NCBI GenBank assembly: GCA_013239625.1
Contig: MU054117.1
Coordinates: 3,338,677 to 3,402,676 of the forward strand
Source: Lama guanicoe
Taxonomy: Eukaryota
Length of the DNA: 64,000 bases
Direction: 5' to 3'
Below the pieces are notes generated by a model, which saw only the letters and a list, made by a program, of their open reading frames with translations, was not told the DNA's origin and ran no database searches. The position numbers and the translations under genes are program-made. The stretch's first letter is position 1. Every line of letters begins with the position of its first letter. Of this stretch, positions 1-11,096 are shown in pieces.

Positions 1-436
1 TGTACCACGTACCTCAGATCTCTCTCTCGCTCTCTCCCTCCCAGTTACAGTTTCTCGTCTTGGACTTCTTTTATTATTATTATAATTTTTTTTTTTTGCT
101 TTAAAACAAGTGTGATGCCGTATCAAGTCAATGTTATTCTCTCACAATGTACTCTTTAAGAGGTGTGGGTGTGTATTTGGGGTGCTAGCAAGTGCTGAAG
201 TGATGTGATCGGTGTAAATGGAAGGTTTTTAGGAAGTATGGGAAAACAGTGTTGTGTCGGCTGTGATGGTGACATGATATGTAGTCAGCTGCCTTTTAAG
301 AGGTCCTGTCTGTTCAGTGTTAAGTGATTTTTAAAAATAATAACCTGTTTTTCTGACTAGTTTAAAGATGGATTTGAAAATGGTTTTGGATGCAATTAGG
401 TTGTGCTATTTGGACAATAAACTCACCTTGACCTGA
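1..436 (+). other. CCND2: Terminal part of a 3'UTR, probably cyclin D2 (CCND2)
   Basis: U/GU-rich UTR-like sequence ending TTTGGACAATAAACTCACCTTGACCT, which resembles the recalled human CCND2 mRNA end. CCND2 lies just upstream of TIGAR in mammals. No coding exon is in the window. Confidence 0.7.
416..421 (+). terminator. Polyadenylation signal AATAAA of the upstream gene (probable CCND2)
   Basis: AATAAA at 416-421, followed about 30 nt later by U-rich GTTTTGACTTATTT. Confidence 0.7.
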
Positions 437-2760
437 AAAGTCCTCTGGCCGTTTTGACTTATTTCTAGACCAGCCGTCCTCAGAACGGAACACAGCTTTC
501 TCACGTTGGAACTGTTGGCAGCAGTGGGAGTCGGGGGACACAGGAGCCCTCACCTGGAGGGCCATCCACGTGTGCGGCTGCGCGGCCGCAGCACAAGCCA
601 GCGGTGCCGTAGTTCTTACTTGTGGGTCCTCCGGCAACCACCTTACAAATGCGAAGCCGCAGCCCACCTTCAGAAGGTGGGTCAGTCACTGCCACGGGGA
701 CCTGGCATAAGATGCTAGTCCCCTGATCACTGCCAGCTAGTCCCCCTTGGGTGTGAGCATCTCCTGGTTTCCCAGAAGCCCTCAATGCCACCTCCAGATT
801 TGGGGTTGGGGGTTCTCTAGAGAGTCTCCCCCCAAAGCTTTGCCGGGTGCCGGCGGCAGTCGGTGGCTTGAGCCTGGTTCCTGATTGTTCCTGCATCCCT
901 CCCGGGAGGGCTGGGCCACGGCTGCCTAGGCGGCGGGTGGGGAGGCAGAGCGGGCAGAGGGGTGGGCAAGTCCAGCAAACTGCCAGGCCCCGGTCCAGGC
1001 TGCTCCCAGACCTGACAGCTCAGCCCAGCGTCTTTCCCGGGAGCGATGGGTAACGCAGAGGGCCGTAACAGCCCTTTTGACGTTACCATAGACATTGGTT
1101 TTCTCTCTGGTTCCCTGCCTCTTTCAGTCACTGAAGGCTGCTTTCCAGTTTACTTCTGACCTGAGTTGTAGGCAGTAAGATTAATACTGGGCATTGTGGG
1201 AAAGTCCAGATTAAGACAGTCCTTGTTCCTCCCAAGTAACTCTACTTCATGGGATGTTTAATCTCACAAGGACTCTCAAAATTCCCCTTTGTCTCCAGCC
1301 CCCCACGGATTTCCACTCTTCTTGGAGAAAAGCAGGCGAACTTTCCTCTTGGGTTTCTGCCTGGTGGAGTCTGCGGGGCCTCTTGGGAGTTTCCAGGGCC
1401 CCTGGCTGCCGCTCTTAACCATCCTCGGAATCCTCTTCTGCACGACCTGCTGTCCAGCCAGGTCCCTCCCCCATCTGTGTGCCCTGCAGTATCGATGTCG
1501 TATCTGTTAATAAGCTACAACACTGCTTCTTCCAAAGCCACCCAGCAACGCTGGCTTCTCCCGTGCAGAGCTCTGCTGTTTGAGGTGGGGAGGAGGCAGG
1601 AAAGGCAAGTGCTCCACTGCCGGAGCAGCCGGCTCAGGATGAACCCAGGGCCCCTTCCCATGCACTCTCGGACCCATTTCATCCCAGAGCTGGAAGATCT
1701 CAAACCTGAGACAGCAGTGCCCTCTCTACGAGTGGAGCTTAGTGATGAAGGGAAGACTTTGGAATCCCAGGTCTTCTGTTGGTGCTCCAGTGAGCACTTG
1801 TCTATTGCTGATGACTTTCCAGGGATCTGGGACTTGAAGTCAGTGCACAGAGTTTGCACCAAAATGAAACATTCCGGTGGACTTTCTCCCCGTGCCGGAT
1901 TCAGGGCTGAATGTCGCACCAGGGCATCTCTGCCCCGTTCTCTGTCGCAGGTGCTGGTGACCGTGGGTGTGGAGGTACGCATGTCACGAAGTGCTGACAG
2001 GTACCGTGAACACGCAGGGCCACGCTGGGCCCCCAGTGGGGAGCGGAACAAACAAACCCCTGCCCCCCGTTTTCAGAAGCTTCCCAGAGAAACAAAACTC
2101 ACAGGCCCCCGAGATCGCACAGAGCTCTAACAGCAAATGCCGATGCCCCAGGGTGGCAGCAGGCACTTTCTGACGAGACAGGATGGGATTCCTCAAGCAA
2201 ACGAGTTTTAGGGAAGCACATTTGATAAGATGCAGCCGAGTTTGGAAATAGAGTTTGATCCTTTTCCAAAAATAAGGGGGTGGGAAGTGGTCTTAAAAAT
2301 GAAGGGAAAATATTCACACAGCTTGAAGAGCACACACAAGCTAGCGGATTTTAAACACCGTGGACACACGTTATCCTCATGAAACGGGGTAAACTCAGCC
2401 ACAGACATCTACTTGGGATTCCCATGGACCTAATCTCTCCCAAGGCATAAAGAAATAAGGCTGGCCACTCTGAGATGATGGCTGGTGGCTTGGCTCTGGG
2501 CTCCCACTGCCTGGAGGGGCAGGTCCCATCCTCTGACCGCAGGGGGCGGGGGCAGGCAGAGCCCGGCAGCCTGAGAACACAGCAAGGCAGCACCGCTGAT
2601 TTCCCTGGGGCGCTGCCTCAGCATTCCACGGGAGCTGGGCACTTACGCTTACCCAAATCACAGGCTTCCATTCCACTTGGGGTGCCCAGGCTTTGGCTCT
2701 GGCCTGGTCCCCCAGCACCCTCAGGCCTCGGTGGGTGTCAACGTGGAGCACTTCCTGGGA

Positions 2761-2779
2761 GGTCCACTAGGTGGCACTA
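2761..2779 (+). promoter_or_regulatory. CTCF-binding motif
   Basis: GTCCACTAGGTGGCACTAA matches the CTCF core CCASYAGRKGGCRS. Confidence 0.6.
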
Positions 2780-2809
2780 ATGGCACAGGCGGGAGCAACC
2801 TGCAGTGCG

Positions 2810-3010
2810 AACCAGCGACTATTTACACAGTATTTACACTGCATTAGGTATTGTAAGTCATCTAAAGATGATTTAAAGTCCCCACGGGAGGATGTGTGTG
2901 GGTTACATGCAAATATTGCGCCACTGTATGTCAGGGTGGGCATCCTCGGATTGTGGTGTCTGAGAAAGGGCCTGGACCCAATCCCTAGTGGACACTGAGG
3001 GACGACTGTA
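2810..3010. mobile_element. MER2/Tigger-like DNA transposon fragment
   Basis: ATTTACACTGCATTAGGTATTGTAAGTCATCTAAAGATGATTTAAAG and terminal GACACTGAGGGACGACTGTA resemble the MER2 consensus. Confidence 0.6.
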
Positions 3011-4024
3011 TCTGCAAACAAGTCATGTTCCTTGTTCATTTTTTTTTAAAAAGGGCTTATTAACGCACATATTAATTTTCCCAAAGGGCAGGGGTGGAGG
3101 GGGATATTGTTTTCCTGCGGACCCTGGTGGAGAAGCCCGCTCTGACCCGTGGCGGGGAAGCCGTGAGCATTTACACCTTCCGTCCTGTCCCCTTCATATC
3201 TGCTGCCATTATTCTACATCAACTTAGGGAAGGTTCTCTTCCCCACAAAGTGACAGGCTGTAAGGCAAGGCATGAAAAGGGATTACTGGAGATGTGAACT
3301 CAAATAAAAGGGAGATCCCCAGAAACACATCAGGCTGAGACACCCTCCTTCCATGGTCCGGCAGTAAAAAAGCTGTTTGGCAGAAATGATTTTTTTGGAA
3401 CTCGCGATGATGGGGAACTACGGGTGACAGGTGTCAGATGTTGGCAGAGCGGCTGCCAAAACACGTCTCCCTCCACCTTCAGACGTCCAGCCGAGGGCGA
3501 ACTGGGCACCGTCGGGCTGGCAGCCCCTTCCCGCTAGGATCGCTGCCCACGTGATTAGTTCTCAGTCGCCGGACAAAGCAGATGGTTTATCATGTACGTG
3601 TGATATTTTCTTGGCCTCGAGATTCTGTTCTTCCATCAGAGAACAGTCTGTAATCAATTATGACAGTGGGAGGTGCAAGAAAACCCTGCCAATAAAAGTC
3701 CAAGACTCTCTCTTTCGCTAAATTTGCATAAACCACTACAATTTCCAACTTAAAAGCAATAGAGGTGGCGTCAGACATAACTTGGGGTAATTGCAAAACC
3801 ACACTTCTCAGTGGGCCCTGAAGACTCCTATTAGTTGATACTAGTATTTGACGTCAGTTTTGTCTGTCTGTCCATTTTCAGTCTTAACCGTAAAACCTTC
3901 TTGTCTCTCTTCTGGTGACTCTTAAAGAACTTTACCTTAGAATCTTAATGTGATATGATCAGAAGCAGACAGAACAAATACCAAGAACACACACACCCAT
4001 CAACTCAGACTTAGTTCCTGTTGT

Positions 4025-4092
4025 TTTAATGGAGGCACTGGGGATCGAACCAGGACCATGCTAAGCACGTGCTCTACCCTGGGGCTACACCC
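4025..4092 (-). mobile_element. tRNA-Ala-derived (vic-1-like) SINE, degenerate
   Basis: Reverse complement of a tRNA-like head (B box GGTTCGATCCCC) with an A-rich tail. Confidence 0.65.
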
Positions 4093-4695
4093 ACACCCAG
4101 ATTTCTTTTTGAATATTCAGAATTGTACGCTAGCAAATGGAATGGTAGTTATTTGGCTTGCCTTAGTGTGTACGCGTGGCCACGGACATAGAACGATGTA
4201 TACATCACCCTCTACTCATCCTCTGGATAATTTTCTTTATGAAAAAATCTTGTTTAATTATATACATTCTGTCTATGGGAAAAAAACTCTTTAACAGTAG
4301 AACTGTGGAAGCATTTTTAACATTATAAACATCACCTAGAGAGACCCGTGACACAAATGACATGTTTCTTCTTATTTTGTTTTAATGTATGTATTTTTTC
4401 TTCTCATAAAACCAGATCAGGCTCATTGCGACAAGTTTTCTATCCTACCTTTTTTTCTTCTTTTCATTTAATTCACTTACCAGGGGAAGGCCAGCGTATC
4501 ACTAAATAATTATTTAGGAACATGCCTTCTATGGATGACAGATATTAATGGGGCTTCTAAAATGGGACAGTCACCATTCCAGGCACTGAAGACGTGGAAG
4601 AGAACAAGAGAGTCCTTTCCTCCCAAAAACCTCCCTGAGTCCAGCAGAGAGAGACAGGCAGTGAACCTGTGAAAACAGTATTTCTGAAAAAAGGT

Positions 4696-4830
4696 GGGGG
4701 GAGGGCACAGCTCAGTGGTAGAGTGTGTGCCTAGCATGCACCAGGTCCTGGGTTCAATCCCCAGCACCTTCATTAAAAATAAATAAGTAAAAAAAAAAAA
4801 GTACCCACCCAAATAAGTAAATAAAAATTT
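4696..4830 (+). mobile_element. tRNA-Ala-derived (vic-1-like) SINE
   Basis: GGGGAGGGCACAGCTCAGTGGTAGAG...TAGCATGCACCAGGTCCTGGGTTCAATCCCCAGCACC, with A and B boxes and an A-rich tail. Confidence 0.8.
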
Positions 4831-5029
4831 AACTGCCTCCTGAGTTCTAGCAGAGAGAGAGGCATTGAAGGCTCAGTGGAGGACACAGTAAGGCCACAAG
4901 GAGACGTGGGGGACTGAAGACATAATTTGGTGATAGGCCCACAGAAACTTGTTTTTAGGTTTTGGATTCCTTCCTTCCCTCCTCCCGCCTCCTCCTTCCC
5001 CTTCTTCCTTTTCTTTCTTGTTGAAGATC

Positions 5030-5560
5030 TGAACAAGACAATTAACAAGGTTGATTCAGACATACATAGAACTCTGCCCCAAATAATGAAATGACAAATG
5101 TTTCTTCACAGATACACGTGAAACATTTACACAACACAACTGTGAATGAATTCACAGAACAAGTCTCCGCAAATTTCAGAGCTGTGTCACTGTAACGCTC
5201 TTTGAAGTCCTGGAGATTTAAGTCTATAAATATTTCAGCCTTACTATCAGAAGAAGGAAAAACCTTCCGTTTAAAAGACATATTTCTAAATAAGAAGAAC
5301 ACACATTTCACTGACTCATTAACCAACAGGCCAGCATTTGGCCACCACGTAACTATTTTCATTCTTAATGCTACGGCTGAAACTATTTAAATACCCCGGG
5401 GATGGGCTCCAACCCACACCCTACTCCAGCACGCCACAGTCCGAGCGGGTCAGGTTTTTTCATACCTGGCTCATCGTCAGTGAAAACTCTAATTAAATCT
5501 TTCTTTGAAAACAAAAGAGAAGGTCCAGCACTCAGCGTATTATTGCGCCTACAGAGATGC
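5030..5560 (+). mobile_element. Old, decayed L1 ORF2 fragment
   Basis: A-rich, with AGACATACATAGAACTCTGCCCC...TTCTTCACAGATACACGTGAAACATTT resembling the L1 endonuclease-region consensus. No intact ORF. Confidence 0.4.
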
Positions 5561-5739
5561 GGCATGACACGGCTGGGGAGTGTTGGGTTAAGGTGAAAAG
5601 CAAGGATTTCGTGAACCACTGGGTAGATGTATGGCCATTTACTAAGATGGGAAAGACCTGAAGACAAGTTGGCCTGAGGTGTCTATACGTGAGATCCCAG
5701 GGAAGACGCCCAGCTGGTAACTGGGTAAACGAACGGGCA

Positions 5740-6420
5740 GAGGAGAGAGTGGCCAAGATGGTGGAGAAGGAGGACCCTGAGCTCACCTCCCACAGGCACA
5801 CCAAAATCACCACGTTTTACAGAGCAACAATTGATGAGAAAGACTGGAAGACCACAGAAAAGAGCTTGTACAACTAAGGATATTTAAAAGGAACCAAAAC
5901 AAAATGGGTACGCAGGGCAGAGATGGAGTAGCGCCAAGACCACCACCCTGGGGGAGTGACCCCCAAGTGGGAGGGTAAGTACAATTGTAGAGGTTCTCCC
6001 CAGGGGCCAGTGGTCTGAGTGCCACGTCAGACTCCCCAGACCAGGGGTCCTGCACCAGGAAGATGAGGCCCCAGAATGTGGCCACAGGAACTGGCAGCAG
6101 CCACGTGTGGGAGTCTGTTCTGCTGCGAGGACCCTGGTGCTGGCAAGTGCTATTCTGGAATCCTCCCGAGCTTTTTGGCCTTGGGACCCAACCCCGCTCA
6201 CCAGCCTTTCAGCAACAGTACTGGGATACCTCAGGCCAAGCAGCTTGCCAGGTGCCAACACCAGCTCCCAGGCCTTTTGGACCCTGCTCCACTCGCCCCT
6301 GGACAGGCACCAGCCCAGGACCACCACAGCCTCATAGCCTGTCATGTCAGGACCCAGCCCACCCACCAGCCAGATGGTACCAGTCCAGGACAGCCCTGCA
6401 GGCTGGAGACACAAGAACTG
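5740..6420 (+). mobile_element. L1 5'UTR fragment
   Basis: Begins CCAAGATGGTGGAGAAGGAGGACCCTGAGCTCACCTCCCACAGGCACACCAAAATCAC, typical of laurasiatherian L1 5' ends (YY1-like AAGATGG). No ORF1 or ORF2 follows. Confidence 0.6.
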
Positions 6421-6639
6421 TACCCTGGATAAGACCACCTGGGAGACTGCAGGGTGGAGGAGGGACAAGGGTCAAGGGCAGCATCTTGGGGTACTCCGGC
6501 ATGCCCAGTGCACTGTCCATGCACTGAACAGTCACGGGTGCCCCATATTTCCCATCACCTTGGCTGTTAGGCAAGTCATGTGGGTAGCTCTGGACAGTGA
6601 ACAGAGGAAGCATCCAAGAACTGGTTTAAGACCCTCAGC

Positions 6640-6853
6640 TGTTCTCATTTCCTGCCCTAGTTTTCATGAGTCCATGTGCTGAGATCTATGTTAACTGTTA
6701 ACTCCAGTCCCTGAGTGACTCTGTGGAGCAAAGTCCCTTTCTGATCCATGTCAGACACATAGCATGAGAGAGAAGTAAACTTTTGCAACCTAAGCCATGG
6801 AAATTTCAGGGTTAATTTGTTATTGCAGCAGAACTTGGCCTGTACTGACTAAT
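6640..6853 (+). mobile_element. MaLR (MLT1-like) LTR 3' fragment
   Basis: TAAGCCATGGAAATTTCAGGGTTAATTTGTTATTGCAGCA...CTGACTAAT resembles the MLT1 LTR end. Confidence 0.45.
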
Positions 6854-8149
6854 TGAGAATTCTATCGCATGAGGGACCACAACAAGGCATCCTTTTTCAT
6901 TAACAAAACAAAAAGCATGTGTGATTCAATATGTTGTCCACAAAAGTATATCAGTGGCTGTTTCTAGCTTCTATCTAAACAAAGTTTAAAGGAACTCCCT
7001 GTCATTTTATAAGCTGAAGGGTGATCTCTGAACTGTTGAGTGAATAACACAGGACAATGTCCATTCTTTCAAAGATCTGAATTTCTCAGTTATTTTTTCC
7101 TGATTCTTAAAATTTACAGATACACTTTTTATACATATTTCTTGGATAATTAAAAAGTTAATATTGGCCCTTATAATTTTCTTAATTTGTATGAAAACAA
7201 TTCTTTCCCATTATATCAGCTAACTTTTTAGATGTATGATTCATTTGACCAACTGATGATAAAAGAGATTCCTCATTCATTCATTTCACAAATCTTAACT
7301 GAGCCCCTACTGTGTTCTAAACATTTTGATAGAAACCAGGGAAACAATAAAGAGTCAGTACCTACCCTCATCGTTGTGGTTTTGATACCACCTGGAGCAT
7401 CACTTGCTGTCAAACTCTGCTCTGAGATCCCGAGAGATGGGAAATTAACTAATCTCTATGTGTCTTAATACAGTTACCTGTAAAATGGAAATAGTAATTC
7501 ATTCCTTGCAGAGTTATTAAGAGTAATAAAATGAGACAAAGTGGAAGGCTATTTTTAGTTAGGTTTAGAAATGCACTCAGACCACCTTAAAACAAAGGGG
7601 TTTCATTGTAAAAACCATAATCTACAAGGGTGTCTGGTTCTCTGGCAACTTGTGGAAGGAGGGACCAGGCTGTCTCTGCCTTGCTTGTCTCCTGTGTGTC
7701 TACTCAGTTGCCCATTTTCTTTGCCTGTTCTTCCCTTCCATTCTGTAAATTTATTTTTAAGCTTGTAGTATTTGTGGTTTTTGCTTCTTCATAGCTTCAG
7801 TCCACACACTCCCTTGGAGCTCTCTCTCTTAACGATTTCTTTCTGCTTTAGCCCTCACAGATAACTACTTAATTAACCTTCCAATTCAAATTTCCAGGAG
7901 AATCTGTTGGACCAATTCGTTCATTCAGGCACTCAGAACATATGCATGGAGTATCTCCTACGCACAGGCAGTGTACCCCCATGGTAATCTCTGCCCTGGG
8001 TTAGGGCCCCCTCAACGACCCCTCCACCCTCATTCTGAAACCCCCCCCCCCTTTCCCTGAGAGCTTGTTAGAGATGCTGATTCAAGTGTCTGGGAAAGGC
8101 GAACTTGATTAGAAATCAGGGGGAGGAAGAGGAGCTGGATTAGATACCA

Positions 8150-9360
8150 AGGGTGGGGGGTTCTTTGGTAAAACCGGGCTCGGCAGGCCAAGCGCGGGGC
8201 TCAGGCCAGCAGACGGCTCAAGAGTTTGCTCCCGGAGCGAGTCAGCGGAGGCGGAGTTGGGGCGGAGGCCGGGTGGGTCTAAGCACGCAGACCTCGCTGA
8301 CCCTACACCCCCAGAGTCGCGGGTTAACGCAAACGTCGTAGGACCGGACGTGTCTGGCTGGCCGCCCTGCCCTCCGTCCTCAAGTCAGACCAACCGCGAG
8401 CCCGGGCGGCGGCCCCCGTCTCTGCGCGGAGCCCCGGGGACAGGCTAGCCCGGGCACGACCCGCCCCCGGCCCCGGGGCGGGGCCGCACGCACCTGCCGC
8501 GCACCAATCACCGGCCGGCGCGCAGGGGCGCACGCGCCACGGCCCTGGGCGGGGCCTCGTCGCGCTCCAGTCTCCGCGACTTGCCGGCCTCCCTCCGCCC
8601 TGATTGGCCATCCGAGAGTGACGTGGCGGCCGCCTCGGCCTATGGCAGCGGAGCCGGCCGGCGGCGGGTGCGGAAGCGGCGCGGCGAGCGCAGTGCGAGT
8701 GCGGGTGCGGGGCGCGGGGCGCGGACGGCGGACGGCGGGCGCGGTCTTGGCTTCGCTCCGTGCGGGCGCCGGCGAGATGACGCGCTTCGCTCTGACCGTG
8801 GTCCGGCAGTGAGTATTACCGACGCGGGCCGCCCTCTCCCCTCCGTGGAGCGCTGCGGGCTGGGCGGAGGGACCGAGGGTCTGCGCCCTCGCCCTGCCCG
8901 ACCCGCTCACTCCCCCCAGACCCGGCCCGGCGGTTTTCTAGGTGTTTTCCACTGGCTGCCCGCTTCCGGCCTGTCCTGCCCCGGCGACGCCGAGCAGGAA
9001 GGCAGGTGTCGGGTGTCCGTCCCGCTAGAGGACAGGGAGGTCTGGAGGAGTCAGTGGTCAAGGTCCCCAGCCGCCGGTGGCAGCTGGAGCAGGACAGCCC
9101 TGTCCCCGCGCTCCTCCGGCACCGTGTCACCTCCCAGCCGGTCCACAGGGGCTTGCAGGATGCAGGACGGCCCGGGGCCGACGTTCCCGATCCTGGCTCT
9201 GCGCCCGCTCGGTCCCTGCCGTCCCCTTGGACCCCTCGTTGGCAGGGCAGTCGGTCCCCCAGGCTCGGGTCTGAGATTCACGTCTTGCCACAGAACTTAC
9301 GTCGCTGGAGGAGGAAATTGGGCCTCGCCATTCTCAGCCGCCGGCATCACCGCGTAACGT
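8150..9360 (+). promoter_or_regulatory. TIGAR: CpG island and TATA-less promoter of TIGAR
   Basis: Dense CpG around exon 1, with several GGGCGG boxes, CCAAT at 8504-8508, inverted CCAAT (ATTGG) at 8603-8607, NRF1-like GCGCACGCGC at 8528-8537 and CRE/ATF-like TGACGTGG at 8619-8626. Confidence 0.85.
8777..8808 (+). CDS. TIGAR: TIGAR (fructose-2,6-bisphosphatase, histidine phosphatase family) exon 1 of 6
   Basis: ATG...MTRFALTVVR plus split His codon CA|gtgagt. Matches the human N-terminus MARFALTVVRH. 32 nt. Confidence 0.95.
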
Positions 9361-10969
9361 TACCTGGAGCTAAATGCTAACATGTCTTTACGTCTTTTCC
9401 TTTTTCCTTCTCAACACTTACTTGCCCAGTGTTAAGGGGAAGTGAAATTCAGGACGGCCAGGAGCACAGATTTCTCAAGCAAGATAGGCGTAGGTCAGAA
9501 TCTGGAACCTGGGCTTCCTATAACCGAGTGAATCATTACGACCTCAGCTTCCTGATTCATAAAATGGGCGTGGTGATAGGACCCAGCTCACTGGGTTAGT
9601 GTGCCCGTTAAACGGCAGAAGGGTAAAGTGTGTAGCACAATGGAGGGGGAGGAATATATCTGAGAATTACATAACTTTTATTTCTGTAAAGACAGCTCTA
9701 ATGCAGATGCCGTTTGGCCTCCAGTACGTGTGTAGTTAGTGGGCCAGCATTCTGACAGTGTGAGTCAGAGGCCTGGGTTACAGGTGACTGAGTAGCACCT
9801 GTGACTGTGGAGCTTGCAGGGAACACCAGTGTGGACCACCCTTGTAAAGCCGACTTGAGCTACTGTCTGTTTTGTCCTGTTCTTCCTTTATAGGAAGAGC
9901 ATCTTGGCCATTGCCTAAAGTTGTCCCTTCAGGATTCACAGGATTTTAATGGCTGAGCTAGAAATCAGGTTCCTCTCTCTCTACCTCATGCCTCTCCATT
10001 TTATAGAATCCCTGTGGTTATAGAATGACCGTTGTGTGACCTACTTAAGGTCAGACAGCTAATCAGTAGCAGAACAGGAACTGGAGCCCCGATTCCCCTT
10101 TCTTCTAATGTTAGAGCACTTTCTGGATGCCTTGACCCAGTGTCTCACACACAATCGAAGCTCAGAGATCATGGAAAGTCTGGGCTAAACCACCCCTTGA
10201 AAAATAAGGTTTTATTTAGATTCTTCATAGATCATAGTTGTATGAAGGTGGATTTTATCCCCTCCCTCCTTCTTAAAAAGGGCTTAATTTTAAAAATTGA
10301 TTCCTCTTAGAAATCCGATGAGAAATTAATTAAAAATAAGTCTTAATAAATTATCACGTGCCAGGCACCATTGTAATTAAAGTCTGACAACAACCTGGTG
10401 AGGCAAAGAGGGCCTCTCAGTTCCCAAGGGAGGAAACTGAGACAGGGCAGGTGACTTGCCTTAAGTCACACGGAGAGTTGGGGAGGCGGGGTTTAAAACG
10501 GGGCGGGCAAGGGGCGGGGAGGACTGTCACCCTGCTTACCTGCCCTGCTCCCTGCCCTCCCCCGTTTTACTGAGAGAAAACCTAATGTTTGTAGGTTGCT
10601 TGAGTATCACCAGCCATTTTACAGGTTATTTTTTAAATTTCTCCTAATAACAGTTGTGCAAAGTGGTAAGAAAGCTTTGCTTTGTTTTATTCATGACAAA
10701 GTGCAGAGAAAGTATTGAAATAATTGGTAGGGTTATGGCTGGAGCTTCAGAGTTTTCAAAGCTAGAAACTGATGATTCTTTCAGGAGAACAGTTTCCACC
10801 TTGATTGATCACCGCCAGAATTAAATACAATGACTCTTACTGGAATCAGCAAGACTGAATCCTTTAGTGTAAAATTGGGACTGTATGCTGAGCTTTCTAT
10901 TGCCTGATTCTGTATAACTCTGAGATAGTCAAATGCTTTGAAACTGATAGAATGATCAGTATTTGGGGG

Positions 10970-11096
10970 GTTGTTTTGGGGGGGTGGGGAGGGGGAAGGT
11001 AACTAGGTTTATTTATTTTTAATGGAGGTGCTGGGGATAGAACCCAGAACCTTGTGCATGCTAAGCATGTGCTCTACTGCTGAGCTATTCCCTCCC
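10970..11096 (-). mobile_element. tRNA-Ala-derived (vic-1-like) SINE
   Basis: ATGGAGGTGCTGGGGATAGAACCCAGAACCTTGTGCATGCTAAGCATGTGCTCTACTGCTGAGCTA is the reverse complement of the SINE head. Confidence 0.8.

Noticed and set aside
1249..2130. 293-aa ORF between the CCND2 end and TIGAR
   Set aside because: No recognisable domain, promoter or splice structure. Composition fits a chance ORF. A BLAST or PhyloCSF hit would be needed to revive it.
4696..4775. tRNA-Ala-like sequences, here and in about 8 other places
   Set aside because: They have broken stems, A-rich tails, multiple dispersed copies and in one case a target-site duplication. They are SINEs, not tRNA genes.
8581..9357. 258-aa ORF across the TIGAR promoter and intron 1
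   Set aside because: Non-ATG start and low-complexity Gly/Arg/Pro content from stop-poor CpG-island DNA. It is not in the TIGAR frame.
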